This document shows, piece after piece, positions 1-8,624 of a stretch of 47,759 bases of DNA (position 1 is the stretch's first letter; every line of letters begins with the position of its first letter). Under the pieces are notes generated by a model. It was not told where the DNA came from. It saw nothing but the letters and a program-made list of their open reading frames with translations, and did no database searches. The position numbers were made by a program, and so were the translations under genes. This DNA is from Parcubacteria group bacterium GW2011_GWA1_56_13 (lineage in GTDB: Bacteria; Patescibacteriota; Minisyncoccia; Phycocordibacterales; Phycocordibacteraceae), in NCBI GenBank assembly GCA_001004905.1, contig LCRY01000004.1, positions 1-47,759 on the forward strand, read 5' to 3'.

Positions 1-1345
<1,345 letters not shown>

Positions 1346-1512
1346 ACTGCCGCGGAATTCGATTTACCTTTTGCATATTCGCCCCGTTAGATAACTTTCC
1401 AGATGTACGGTTTGCGATGCGTGAATTATCACGTGCCGCAAAACGCATTACTCACCACGACGTGTAGTCCGTTGAGTATCTAATGGGGTTCGATGTCAAA
1501 GATCTGTGTCCC

Positions 1513-1550
1513 TCAAAAACGCGAACCGCCCCAATGGGGCGGTTCGCGTT
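1513..1550 (-). terminator. Rho-independent terminator between the SDR gene and the 23S 5' end. A second, weaker hairpin lies at 1659-1678.
   Basis: 15-bp perfect stem AACGCGAACCGCCCC / GGGGCGGTTCGCGTT (1518-1532 / 1536-1550) with a 3-nt loop. On the minus strand it is followed by TTTTTGAGGG. Confidence 0.7.
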
Positions 1551-1704
1551 ACAAACGCGCGGCCTCAGCGGCCTATCCCCAAATGGTTAAGGTTTGTTGT
1601 TTTTGTAGACACGTACAGCGAGTATAGACGAGCCCGTAGGGGGCGTCAAGTAAAGGATAGTCCCGCCGAAGCGGGACTGGAAAGGAACAGGAACCGGCGT
1701 ATTT

Positions 1705-2469
1705 CTAGCGGTATCCGCCATTAGGCACAATGTTCTGCCCGTACAGAGCGATGGCCTTCGGGCTTGCCAGGAAATAGATGGCCCAGGCCACTTCCTGGGG
1801 CTCGAGAAATCTCTTGAGCCAAATCTTTTTGGTCTCTTTTTGCACCTCGCGCTTCGGCACCGTGCGGTTCAACTTCGAATTGAACCAGCCCGGCGAGACG
1901 CTGTTGATGCGTACGCCGGGTGCATAGGGCTCGGCGATGTTTTTGGTCTTGTGGATCTGCGCCGCCTTCGAACTGTCATAGGGAGCCGAGAACGGCGAGT
2001 GCGCATTGATGCCGTTGTCAGAGGCAACCAGCACGATTGAACCCGGGATTCCCTTTCTTTTCATCCGGTCAGCGACCGCTCTCGTCACGATGAACGAACT
2101 GATCAAATTCACATCGAGCACCCGTCTCCATAGCTCCACCGTCTGCTCTTTGAGCGGGCGGTCCGGCGAGATGGCGACGGTGTTCACCATCGTGGTGATC
2201 TCTTCCCCGACTGCTCGCACTGCCTTGTCGAGGAACGCGCGAAAAGCTTTGTCGTCAAGCAGGTCGGGAGAGGCGAAATAGGTTTTCACTCCTTTTTTCT
2301 TCAATTCTTTTGCAAGACGCGCTGCCGTCCGGAGATTGCTGCCGTAGGTAAAGCTCACGGCCTTGACGCCGTTCGCGACAAACTCGCGTACTACAGCTAC
2401 TCCAAGGTCGCCGCTGCCGCCCAAGACGAGGGCATGCCTGATCTTCTCTTTGCGTTTCTGTTGTTGCAT
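1705..2469 (-). CDS. Short-chain dehydrogenase/reductase (SDR) family oxidoreductase
   Basis: 254-aa ORF. It has an N-terminal Rossmann glycine motif (LVLGGSGDLGVAV) and the catalytic Y-x3-K (YDSSKAA) at the usual SDR spacing. Confidence 0.85.
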   Translation of the reverse strand: MQQQKRKEKIRHALVLGGSGDLGVAVVREFVANGVKAVSFTYGSNLRTAARLAKELKKKGVKTYFASPDLLDDKAFRAFLDKAVRAVGEEITTMVNTVAISPDRPLKEQTVELWRRVLDVNLISSFIVTRAVADRMKRKGIPGSIVLVASDNGINAHSPFSAPYDSSKAAQIHKTKNIAEPYAPGVRINSVSPGWFNSKLNRTVPKREVQKETKKIWLKRFLEPQEVAWAIYFLASPKAIALYGQNIVPNGGYR

Positions 2470-2609
2470 AATGTCCTCGCGTGGATTGGTTTAAGTGCGG
2501 GACGGCACTTAAACAGTCTTTCATAATGTCCTTCTGTCTCGGCCCCGTCAAGGCAAGATGTAAAAACACAACGCCCCGCTTGTGCGGGGCGTTGTGCGAG
2601 GAGAGAAAC

Positions 2610-3293
2610 TTATTCTCTGATCTCTGACTGGAGACGGTCGAGATAGCGAGCCGCCGATGCCTGGCCGCCGAGACCGAAGGCAAGGCCGATGGCGAGAGAA
2701 GCCGCAATGACGACGCCTGTAAAGAGGGTCTGCACGAAAGCGGTCGCCACATTCAGCTGCGCAAGCGCCGCAAGGAATGCGAATATCCAGATCGCGTAGC
2801 GCGCCACTTTGCCGAGGAAGCCGGCCGCATGGAGCGACGCGGCCTTTGCCGAACCGGTCACGACGCGTTCTACTGCTTCCGAAACAACCGCCGCGACCAG
2901 CAGGATAAGAACTGCGACGATTACCTGCGGGAGATAGCCGAGGACAACTTCGCTGATGAAGATGTTCACGGTCGTCAAGCGGAGGACATCGAGCGCCGCC
3001 ACCAGAAAGACGATGATGAAGAACCACTCGACGAGGAAGCCGAGGAATTTCCCAGAGGAGAGTCCGAAGCCGGCGCGAGACAAGAGGCGCTCAATGCCGG
3101 TTGACCGGAGCGCGTGATCAACGCGAAGCGCGTCAACAACCTGCTTGACGACGCGTCCGAGGCCGACGCCGACGAGCCAGCCAACGATGAATATGATTAT
3201 CGCAATGACTAAATTCGGGATGAACGCGACCAGTCCGTAGAAGAGGCTCTGAAAGGACTGGCTGAGCACATCCGCCCATGTGGTGAATACCAT
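2610..3293 (-). CDS. Multi-pass membrane protein, resembling the conserved 'TM helix' repeats of the MscS N-terminal type
   Basis: 227-aa ORF with several long hydrophobic helices, each followed by short basic or polar linkers. The family assignment is tentative. Confidence 0.65.
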   Translation of the reverse strand: MVFTTWADVLSQSFQSLFYGLVAFIPNLVIAIIIFIVGWLVGVGLGRVVKQVVDALRVDHALRSTGIERLLSRAGFGLSSGKFLGFLVEWFFIIVFLVAALDVLRLTTVNIFISEVVLGYLPQVIVAVLILLVAAVVSEAVERVVTGSAKAASLHAAGFLGKVARYAIWIFAFLAALAQLNVATAFVQTLFTGVVIAASLAIGLAFGLGGQASAARYLDRLQSEIRE

Positions 3294-3374
3294 AATAATG
3301 TGATAACGCTTGTGTTATGTGGCTAATCTGCTCGCGCTGAGTGAGCCGAGCATCTAGTAGAAGTGTACCAAGTT

Positions 3375-3944
3375 CTACAGCCCTATTTTATCGATAAGAA
3401 GCCGGTGTGGATAGTCAAAAACATCCCGTAACAAGCGGTCGTAGACCCCGTAACGGTAGCGGAAATCCTCTGTTGCGAATGACGCGTAGCGGACTTCCCT
3501 TCCAAACTCGGCTTCAAGCGACCGTACGGCCGCCGCCAATATGCGCTCGTCAAGATGGTCTCCGACGACAAGCAGATCTATCTGTGATTCGAGAATGCCC
3601 GTAAAAAGCCCCGAGAGCACAACGAGCCGCAGCGTCCCGGCGCGACGGAGGCCCATGATCATGCTTCGCGGGTACACATTGGTCGTCCCGCGAATGAAAG
3701 AATCGAGCGCATCGAGATGTTCGAAACGCGGATTCGTTTGGTACTTCAGCGACGCGCCAGACCCTTTTTTACGCACTAGTCCAGAAGCAATGAGTGCTGC
3801 GAGCTCACGGCGTGCGGCTTTTGTTCCAAGCTTGGTCCGGAGCATAACTTCGGCGGGGGTAAACACGGCTTCCCGGTTGAACACGAAGAGGCGGAGGGCT
3901 TTGAGACGGGCGGAGGAGCCGAAAAGTTTTGCCAAGGGCTTCAT
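3375..3944 (-). CDS. Hypothetical winged-helix (ArsR/MarR-like N-terminus) protein
   Basis: The N-terminus reads LKALRLFVFNREAVFTPAEVMLRTKLGTKAARRELAALIASGLVRKKG, which looks like a wHTH. I chose the ATG at 3944. The longer GTG start at 3995 lies inside the rplL terminator hairpin. Confidence 0.6.
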   Translation of the reverse strand: MKPLAKLFGSSARLKALRLFVFNREAVFTPAEVMLRTKLGTKAARRELAALIASGLVRKKGSGASLKYQTNPRFEHLDALDSFIRGTTNVYPRSMIMGLRRAGTLRLVVLSGLFTGILESQIDLLVVGDHLDERILAAAVRSLEAEFGREVRYASFATEDFRYRYGVYDRLLRDVFDYPHRLLIDKIGL

Positions 3945-3980
3945 GGTTGTCGCCAGTGTAAGCGCTCGCGTCAGAAAACG

Positions 3981-4021
3981 CAAAACCCGCACCACCTTGT
4001 CTCCAAAGTGGTGCGGGGTTT
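3981..4021 (-). terminator. Rho-independent terminator of rplJ-rplL
   Basis: The minus strand reads AAACCCCGCACCAC-tttggagacaag-GTGGTGCGGGTTTTG, immediately after the rplL stop codon. Confidence 0.8.
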
Positions 4022-4030
4022 ACTTGAAGA

Positions 4031-4474
4031 TTACTTCAGTGTGACTTTCGCACCGGCGGCCTCCAGTTTCTTCGCGAGCTCTGCGGCATCTTCCTTCTTC
4101 ATGCCCTGCTTGAGCATCGAAGGAACGCCGTCAACGAGGTCTTTCGCCTCCTTGAGGCCGAGACCGAGCGCCTCCTTCACCGCCTTGATGACGGCTATTT
4201 TGTTCGCTCCCGCTTCGGTAAGCTCCACGTCATTCGTTGACTTGGTTTCCGCTTCCGGAGCGGCGCCTGCGGCAGGGCCGGCGACTGCGACCGCCGCGGC
4301 CGAAACGCCGAACTTTTTCTCGAGCACTTTCACGAGCTCGGAAAGCTCGATGACCGTCATGGCCTCGACTTCCTCCACGAGTTTCTTGAACTTGCTCGGC
4401 ACCTCGATACGTTCGGCCGGAGCCTCAGCACCTGCGGCCGATGCGACCTCAGCTGTATTCATTTCATCTGTCAT
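4031..4474 (-). CDS. rplL: 50S ribosomal protein L7/L12
   Basis: 147 aa. An Ala-rich hinge is followed by a C-terminal domain reading [30 protein letters not shown]...[18 protein letters not shown]. Confidence 0.95.
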   Translation of the reverse strand: MTDEMNTAEVASAAGAEAPAERIEVPSKFKKLVEEVEAMTVIELSELVKVLEKKFGVSAAAVAVAGPAAGAAPEAETKSTNDVELTEAGANKIAVIKAVKEALGLGLKEAKDLVDGVPSMLKQGMKKEDAAELAKKLEAAGAKVTLK

Positions 4475-4485
4475 ATGAATTTAAG

Positions 4486-4977
4486 TTAAACTTTCTTCTT
4501 GCTAATCTGGTCCAGCGCCATAACAAGCCCCTGGATAGGACTGTTAATGACATTCACGAACATGCCGCGCAGGACGGGCAAGGGCGGGATGGTCGCGATG
4601 CCTATCATTTTCTTGGCATCCGCGAATGCTCCCTCAAACACGCCGCCCAGGATGGCGAGCGCTCCTTTGAGTTTCTTGCCGTGCTCGTGCACGCCGCGCG
4701 CATGCGCGGTCACGTCCTCCGTGGTCCACGCGATCGCGACCTCTCCCGGCAGTTCCGGCGTTTCTCCCGCGTAGCCGCGCTCGGCGAGCGCTTTGCGGAT
4801 GAGCGTTTTCTTTGCCACGAAATAACGCACGCCCGCGTGCGAAAGCTCTTTGCGCACTTTTGACACGTCCTTCACCGTGAGTTTGCTGAAGCCGACGAAC
4901 ACGATCGAAGACGCTTCTTTGAAAGCGTCGGTCAGCTTCGCGACGATGGCGCGTTTCTTGTCTTTTGATATTGCCAT
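4486..4977 (-). CDS. rplJ: 50S ribosomal protein L10
   Basis: 163 aa, directly upstream of rplL. The N-terminus KKRAIVAKLTDAFKEASSIVFVGFSKLTVKDVSKVRKEL is typical of L10. Confidence 0.92.
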   Translation of the reverse strand: MAISKDKKRAIVAKLTDAFKEASSIVFVGFSKLTVKDVSKVRKELSHAGVRYFVAKKTLIRKALAERGYAGETPELPGEVAIAWTTEDVTAHARGVHEHGKKLKGALAILGGVFEGAFADAKKMIGIATIPPLPVLRGMFVNVINSPIQGLVMALDQISKKKV

Positions 4978-4988
4978 ACGATTTCTCG

Positions 4989-5048
4989 TACGAACGAAAT
5001 AAAGGAGAGTTCCCCCGTGAGATGGCGGCTTCGCCTATCTCACGGGGT
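4989..5048 (-). promoter_or_regulatory. rplJ upstream element: a stable hairpin followed by a GGAAC-N16-CGTA (ECF-like) box pair
   Basis: The minus strand reads ACCCCGTGAGAT-AGGCGAAGCCGCC-ATCTCACGGGG, then GGAAC (5013-5009), a 16-nt spacer and CGTA (4992-4989), which lies 11 nt before the ATG. This could instead be an L10-leader-type structure or the terminator of the small ORF upstream. Confidence 0.35.
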
Positions 5049-5146
5049 CGCCCTGCGTAAGGTTCATGCCCATCGACCAGCGTGGGCCACTTACGGTCTT
5101 CGGTTCGTACAAAATCAACTGTACCAAGGTACGGCGGAAAACGCAA

Positions 5147-5272
5147 TCATTGCACCGTGGCGGCGGCGACCTGGAGCGTGAACAGCGCTATCGCGACGAT
5201 GACGGCGAAACCAGTGGAGAACTTCACGAACTCGACGAAGAATGGGAGTATAGGATGCTTATCCTTGCGCAT
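5147..5272 (-). CDS. Candidate small membrane protein (41 aa), below the ORF-track length cutoff
   Basis: ATG-to-TGA ORF encoding MRKDKHPILPFFVEFVKFSTGFAVIVAIALFTLQVAAATVQ. It has a basic N-terminus and one TM helix, and GC-rich third codon positions like neighbouring genes. It lies in an otherwise empty 470-nt gap. No Shine-Dalgarno sequence was seen. Confidence 0.4.
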   Translation of the reverse strand: MRKDKHPILPFFVEFVKFSTGFAVIVAIALFTLQVAAATVQ

Positions 5273-5345
5273 ATACACACAAGGTAGCACATATTCCGCC
5301 GATACGACTACACTATCCAAGATATGAAAGAAGGGCTAAGCGCGA

Positions 5346-5374
5346 GAAAAGCAAAAACCACCCCTAAAGGGGTG
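5346..5374 (-). terminator. Rho-independent terminator of the surface-protein gene
   Basis: The minus strand reads CCACCCCTTTAGGGGTGG followed by TTTTTGCTTTT. Confidence 0.75.
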
Positions 5375-5447
5375 GCTTTCGCTTTTACTCGGACCGATTC
5401 TCCGAGCCGGGGTCCTGAAGGACCGCGATTACAACTCGCTACGACCG

Positions 5448-7334
5448 TTAGTTGGTGTAGCTCATGTACACGTCCGGTGTCTTGAACGTGTTGAGGTTCG
5501 AGCTGTAGGTCTGGCCCATACCAGTGCCGGTGCCGTAGTTGATGCTCGAGAGCTGGAGACCCGTGTAGCCGTCGTCCGTCGCCGTGTAGGTTACGTTCAA
5601 CGTGAAGTTACGTGTCGTGCCCGCGAGAACCTTGTAGTAGCTACCGACGAGGTCGCCAGAGACCGTGTCGCCCACCGAGAGGTTCGCGGTACCCTGGTCG
5701 GTCGACGATCCGGTAGAGGTCGTCGTCGTCGCGTACGCGATTTCGCCGGTCCCAGTGGCACCCGAGACGTAGATGTCGTCGTCACCCGCCGTTACCTTGA
5801 ACGGAATGGTGAACTGGCGAACGTCTTCCGAGTTGGTCGTCGCCGGGTCGGCCGCCGTGATGAGCGTCGAGCTCGGCGTGCCGTTAAGCGCGACCGAGAT
5901 GCCCTGGCCTGTCAGCGTCATCGTGTTGCCGACTGCGGCCGCAGACGGAGTCACCGTCGCGCCGTTCACGTCAGAAACATCCCAACCGGTCGTCGTTGTC
6001 GAAGCGACGATGGTCGTGCCGTCCACGTAGAGAGCAGCCGTCTGGCCTTTGAGGTCGGCCGTGATGGTGTAGTTCTCCGTCGAATCCTTCGAGATGGTCT
6101 GGTTGACATCACTGAAGGTTATCGTGCCGTAGGTGCCGGTCGAGAGGGTCTTCGACTTGAGGACCGTGGAGCCCTTGTTGAGGTAGACCGTGCTGATAAC
6201 GTCGTTCAGGTTGTCATCCGAGGTGCCGAAACTTGCCACAACGTCCGTGACTACTGCGTTCGTATTCTTCGCCTTCATATTGAAGGAGAGAAGCTTGACG
6301 CCGTTCGTAGACGTACTTGCGGTCGTCACCTGGCTTGCCGTCGGGTTGTCGTTTGCGGCTGTGATCGTAAGCGTGCCCGCGTCAGACGAGGAGACCGTGA
6401 AGGTCTGGCCCGAGATGGTGTCATCCGCCACATATGTGTCGGAGATGCCGTCTCCGCCAACTGCGCGAACGCTATTGGCATCGAGGTCAACCGTAATCGT
6501 GTCTCCATCTTCGTCCGCTCCGATGCTTTCAACCGGGGTCACTTTGACATAGATGTTGCCGGTCGCGCCGCTCTTGATGATCGCATTGCTGAGACCAGAG
6601 AAGCGGTACGTCCATGCGCGACCATCCTTGTCGCCAAGGGCCGGGTCCATCGAAGCGAGCTTCGTGCTGCCGAGCCAGAGGCTTACGTCGCTTACATACT
6701 TGTTGAGGTTCGAGCTGCCGCCGCTGCTAGCGATGGTGAACTCGGCGTCAACGCGCTGGATAGCGACGTCGCCGCCCGTAGCATCAGCTGAAACGCCCAT
6801 GACCGCTGTCGTAGCATCTCCCTCGTCGAGGTCAGAAGAGACATCGCCGAGCGAGCTGATGTTGGTCAGGCGACCCAAGCCGGTAAGACCGCTGACCGAT
6901 CCTGCTGCGCAGGACTGGCCGGTGGCCGGGCTGAAGGCGTAGCCGGGGAGACAACCGGGGACCGTTGAGGTGCCGCCGGTCGCGCCGCCAGCTGTGTTGC
7001 CGAGAGTAAAGGCCGCACGCGAGATCGGACCGAAGTAGCCAACTGCCGGTGAAACACCGGAAGCCGCCTGCCACGCCGCCACTGCCGCCTTTGTCTGCAT
7101 ACCGAAGTATCCGGTCGCGCCAGCAGGGATCGAGTATCCGTTCGCGATGAGCGACTGCTGGAGGCACGTTACCGCTGCACCCGTCGCACCGACCGTGAGG
7201 TCAGTCGTGAAGGAACAGGAGGTAGCCGCATGCGCGATAGGAGCGAGTGAGAGCATCGACGTCGCCATTGCGAGTCCGGTTGCAACCACAGCAACTTTCG
7301 CCATTGCTTTTGTAGTTATCGTTGTCATAAACAA
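5448..7334 (-). CDS. Secreted cell-surface protein: signal peptide, peptidoglycan-binding (PG_binding_1-like) domain and a long Thr/Ser/Gly-rich beta-repeat region
   Basis: The signal peptide ends ...SLAPIAHA/ATS. The PG-binding motif reads CLQQSLIANGYSIPAGATGYFGMQTKAAVAAWQAASGV. About 500 aa of T/S/G/V-rich sequence follows. The track start is TTG at 7334, and an ATG at 7328 is equally possible. Confidence 0.85.
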   Translation of the reverse strand: MFMTTITTKAMAKVAVVATGLAMATSMLSLAPIAHAATSCSFTTDLTVGATGAAVTCLQQSLIANGYSIPAGATGYFGMQTKAAVAAWQAASGVSPAVGYFGPISRAAFTLGNTAGGATGGTSTVPGCLPGYAFSPATGQSCAAGSVSGLTGLGRLTNISSLGDVSSDLDEGDATTAVMGVSADATGGDVAIQRVDAEFTIASSGGSSNLNKYVSDVSLWLGSTKLASMDPALGDKDGRAWTYRFSGLSNAIIKSGATGNIYVKVTPVESIGADEDGDTITVDLDANSVRAVGGDGISDTYVADDTISGQTFTVSSSDAGTLTITAANDNPTASQVTTASTSTNGVKLLSFNMKAKNTNAVVTDVVASFGTSDDNLNDVISTVYLNKGSTVLKSKTLSTGTYGTITFSDVNQTISKDSTENYTITADLKGQTAALYVDGTTIVASTTTTGWDVSDVNGATVTPSAAAVGNTMTLTGQGISVALNGTPSSTLITAADPATTNSEDVRQFTIPFKVTAGDDDIYVSGATGTGEIAYATTTTSTGSSTDQGTANLSVGDTVSGDLVGSYYKVLAGTTRNFTLNVTYTATDDGYTGLQLSSINYGTGTGMGQTYSSNLNTFKTPDVYMSYTN

Positions 7335-7568
7335 TTGTTAATGATTTTTAGGAGCACATGATAATTAATGTTGCGCACACGCACGAAGCACTTTCAATTT
7401 CACACTACCCCACAGCGAACGGTATCGACCAGTGCGCCATGGGTTAGTTGGTAAGGGTTGATGTCCGCCCATGAAGCGGACTATTCGGTTATCAAAGTAC
7501 GCCCTTATGGATTCGCTCTCGCTCACCGCAGCGGGGGAACAAAAGAAGTCCCATAAGGACTGTCCCCT

Positions 7569-7597
7569 AGTATATAGCCGAGGACAGGCATTCCTAA
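7569..7597 (-). promoter_or_regulatory. Candidate sigma70-type promoter for the surface-protein gene, implying a ~230-nt leader
   Basis: The minus strand reads TTAGGA (7597-7592), a 17-nt spacer and TATACT (7574-7569). Confidence 0.35.
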
Positions 7598-7630
7598 TTA
7601 CCCATGTGGATAACTACCGAGGAGAAATAA

Positions 7631-7667
7631 CGATAAAAAGGCCGTCCGCTCTGCGGCGGACCGCCTT
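7631..7667 (-). terminator. Rho-independent terminator after the 7762-8517 gene
   Basis: The minus strand reads AAGGCgGTCCGC-cgcaga-GCGGACgGCCTT followed by TTTATCG. Confidence 0.6.
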
Positions 7668-7761
7668 ATCACTGCGCTATCTTCCTGGCTGCTACCACGG
7701 GCGAATACTACCAAAACCGCCTAAAAGAGTCAAAAATTGACGTGGCTGAGCCGCCTGCCGG

Positions 7762-8517
7762 TCAGATCGGAGAATACGTGCTCCAGCGGCGTTCCCCCTG
7801 CTTCGTGACCTTCCCAAGGGAAATAAGTGCCAACAACTCACGCTGGATGGTCTTTTCAGAGACGCCCCGAATAAGGGTAGAGATGTCCTTTATACTCACT
7901 TTCTGTTTGTCCTTTATAATGGACAAAATTGCCTCGCCTCTGTCTTTAATGTGAATGCCCGACACAGCTTTCGCCGAGACCTTTCCTGTGGGACGATGGC
8001 GATGAAGGGTCGTGCTTCGCGAGGCAGTTGTGTGCTGCAGTTTTGCGAGCGTAGAAAGGGTCGGGGTATCGGCGAGTGTGAGCCGCGGTTCCTCATACGA
8101 AGCGACTTCTTGCAGGAGCACATGGGCTTCGCGGGCCATAAGTCCTGCATTCATTGAGGAGAGGAGCCCTCCCGTGCTAGCAATGGAGAGCACGCTTGAG
8201 AGCGCCAGGAGCTCGCGAGAGAGTGCGGTGCGAGCGGCTCCGGGAGAGAGCAGGGCCGCATCCACGAGGCCGACCGCGATCGAATCGACCCGGTTTCTCA
8301 AGGACAACGACTCGGCAAAGGCCGGGGCTATGAGATGGATGGCCTTTGCTAGTCGTTCGGCTTTCTTGTATATGAATACCCTTCTGATGTCCTTTTCAAA
8401 CACATTGTTAAATATGCTATTTTCTAGGACAAAATCCTCTAGACCGAGGTCTTTGACTTTTGTCCTCATCTGCTGGATTTCGGTGCTCTGTCCTATACCT
8501 AATCGGTCGTGTCCCAT
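7762..8517 (-). CDS. Hypothetical protein with a C-terminal winged-helix DNA-binding domain
   Basis: 251-aa ORF. The C-terminus GEAILSIIKDKQKVSIKDISTLIRGVSEKTIQRELLALISLGKVTKQGERRWSTY looks like a DeoR/MarR-type wHTH. An alternative start is M17 at 8469. Confidence 0.7.
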   Translation of the reverse strand: MGHDRLGIGQSTEIQQMRTKVKDLGLEDFVLENSIFNNVFEKDIRRVFIYKKAERLAKAIHLIAPAFAESLSLRNRVDSIAVGLVDAALLSPGAARTALSRELLALSSVLSIASTGGLLSSMNAGLMAREAHVLLQEVASYEEPRLTLADTPTLSTLAKLQHTTASRSTTLHRHRPTGKVSAKAVSGIHIKDRGEAILSIIKDKQKVSIKDISTLIRGVSEKTIQRELLALISLGKVTKQGERRWSTYSPI

Positions 8518-8606
8518 ATCGTATCGGACAGTATACCCCGTAGCACTTTCGCTGCAAGCACTGCGTATGTTTTACTGCAGGAATTAGCACAAGTGGTGCG
8601 GGGCGA

Positions 8607-8615
8607 TGCTACAAT
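8607..8615 (+). promoter_or_regulatory. Extended -10 promoter (TGcTACAAT) 9 nt upstream of the ftsK ATG
   Basis: The sequence is gcgaTGcTACAATacacacatcATG. No Shine-Dalgarno sequence is present, so the 5' UTR would be very short or absent. Confidence 0.4.
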
Positions 8616-8624
8616 ACACACATC

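Noticed and set aside
5448-7334. Possible S-layer or adhesin novelty of the Thr/Ser-rich surface protein (and of 21088-22971)
   Set aside because: Such large PG-anchored or TM-anchored repetitive surface proteins are ordinary in CPR genomes. The sequence shows nothing beyond low-complexity beta repeats.
7471-7740. 89-aa plus-strand ORF in the 427-nt gap
   Set aside because: It has no ribosome-binding site and odd composition, and it runs across the terminator hairpin of the neighbouring gene. I treat the region as non-coding leader.
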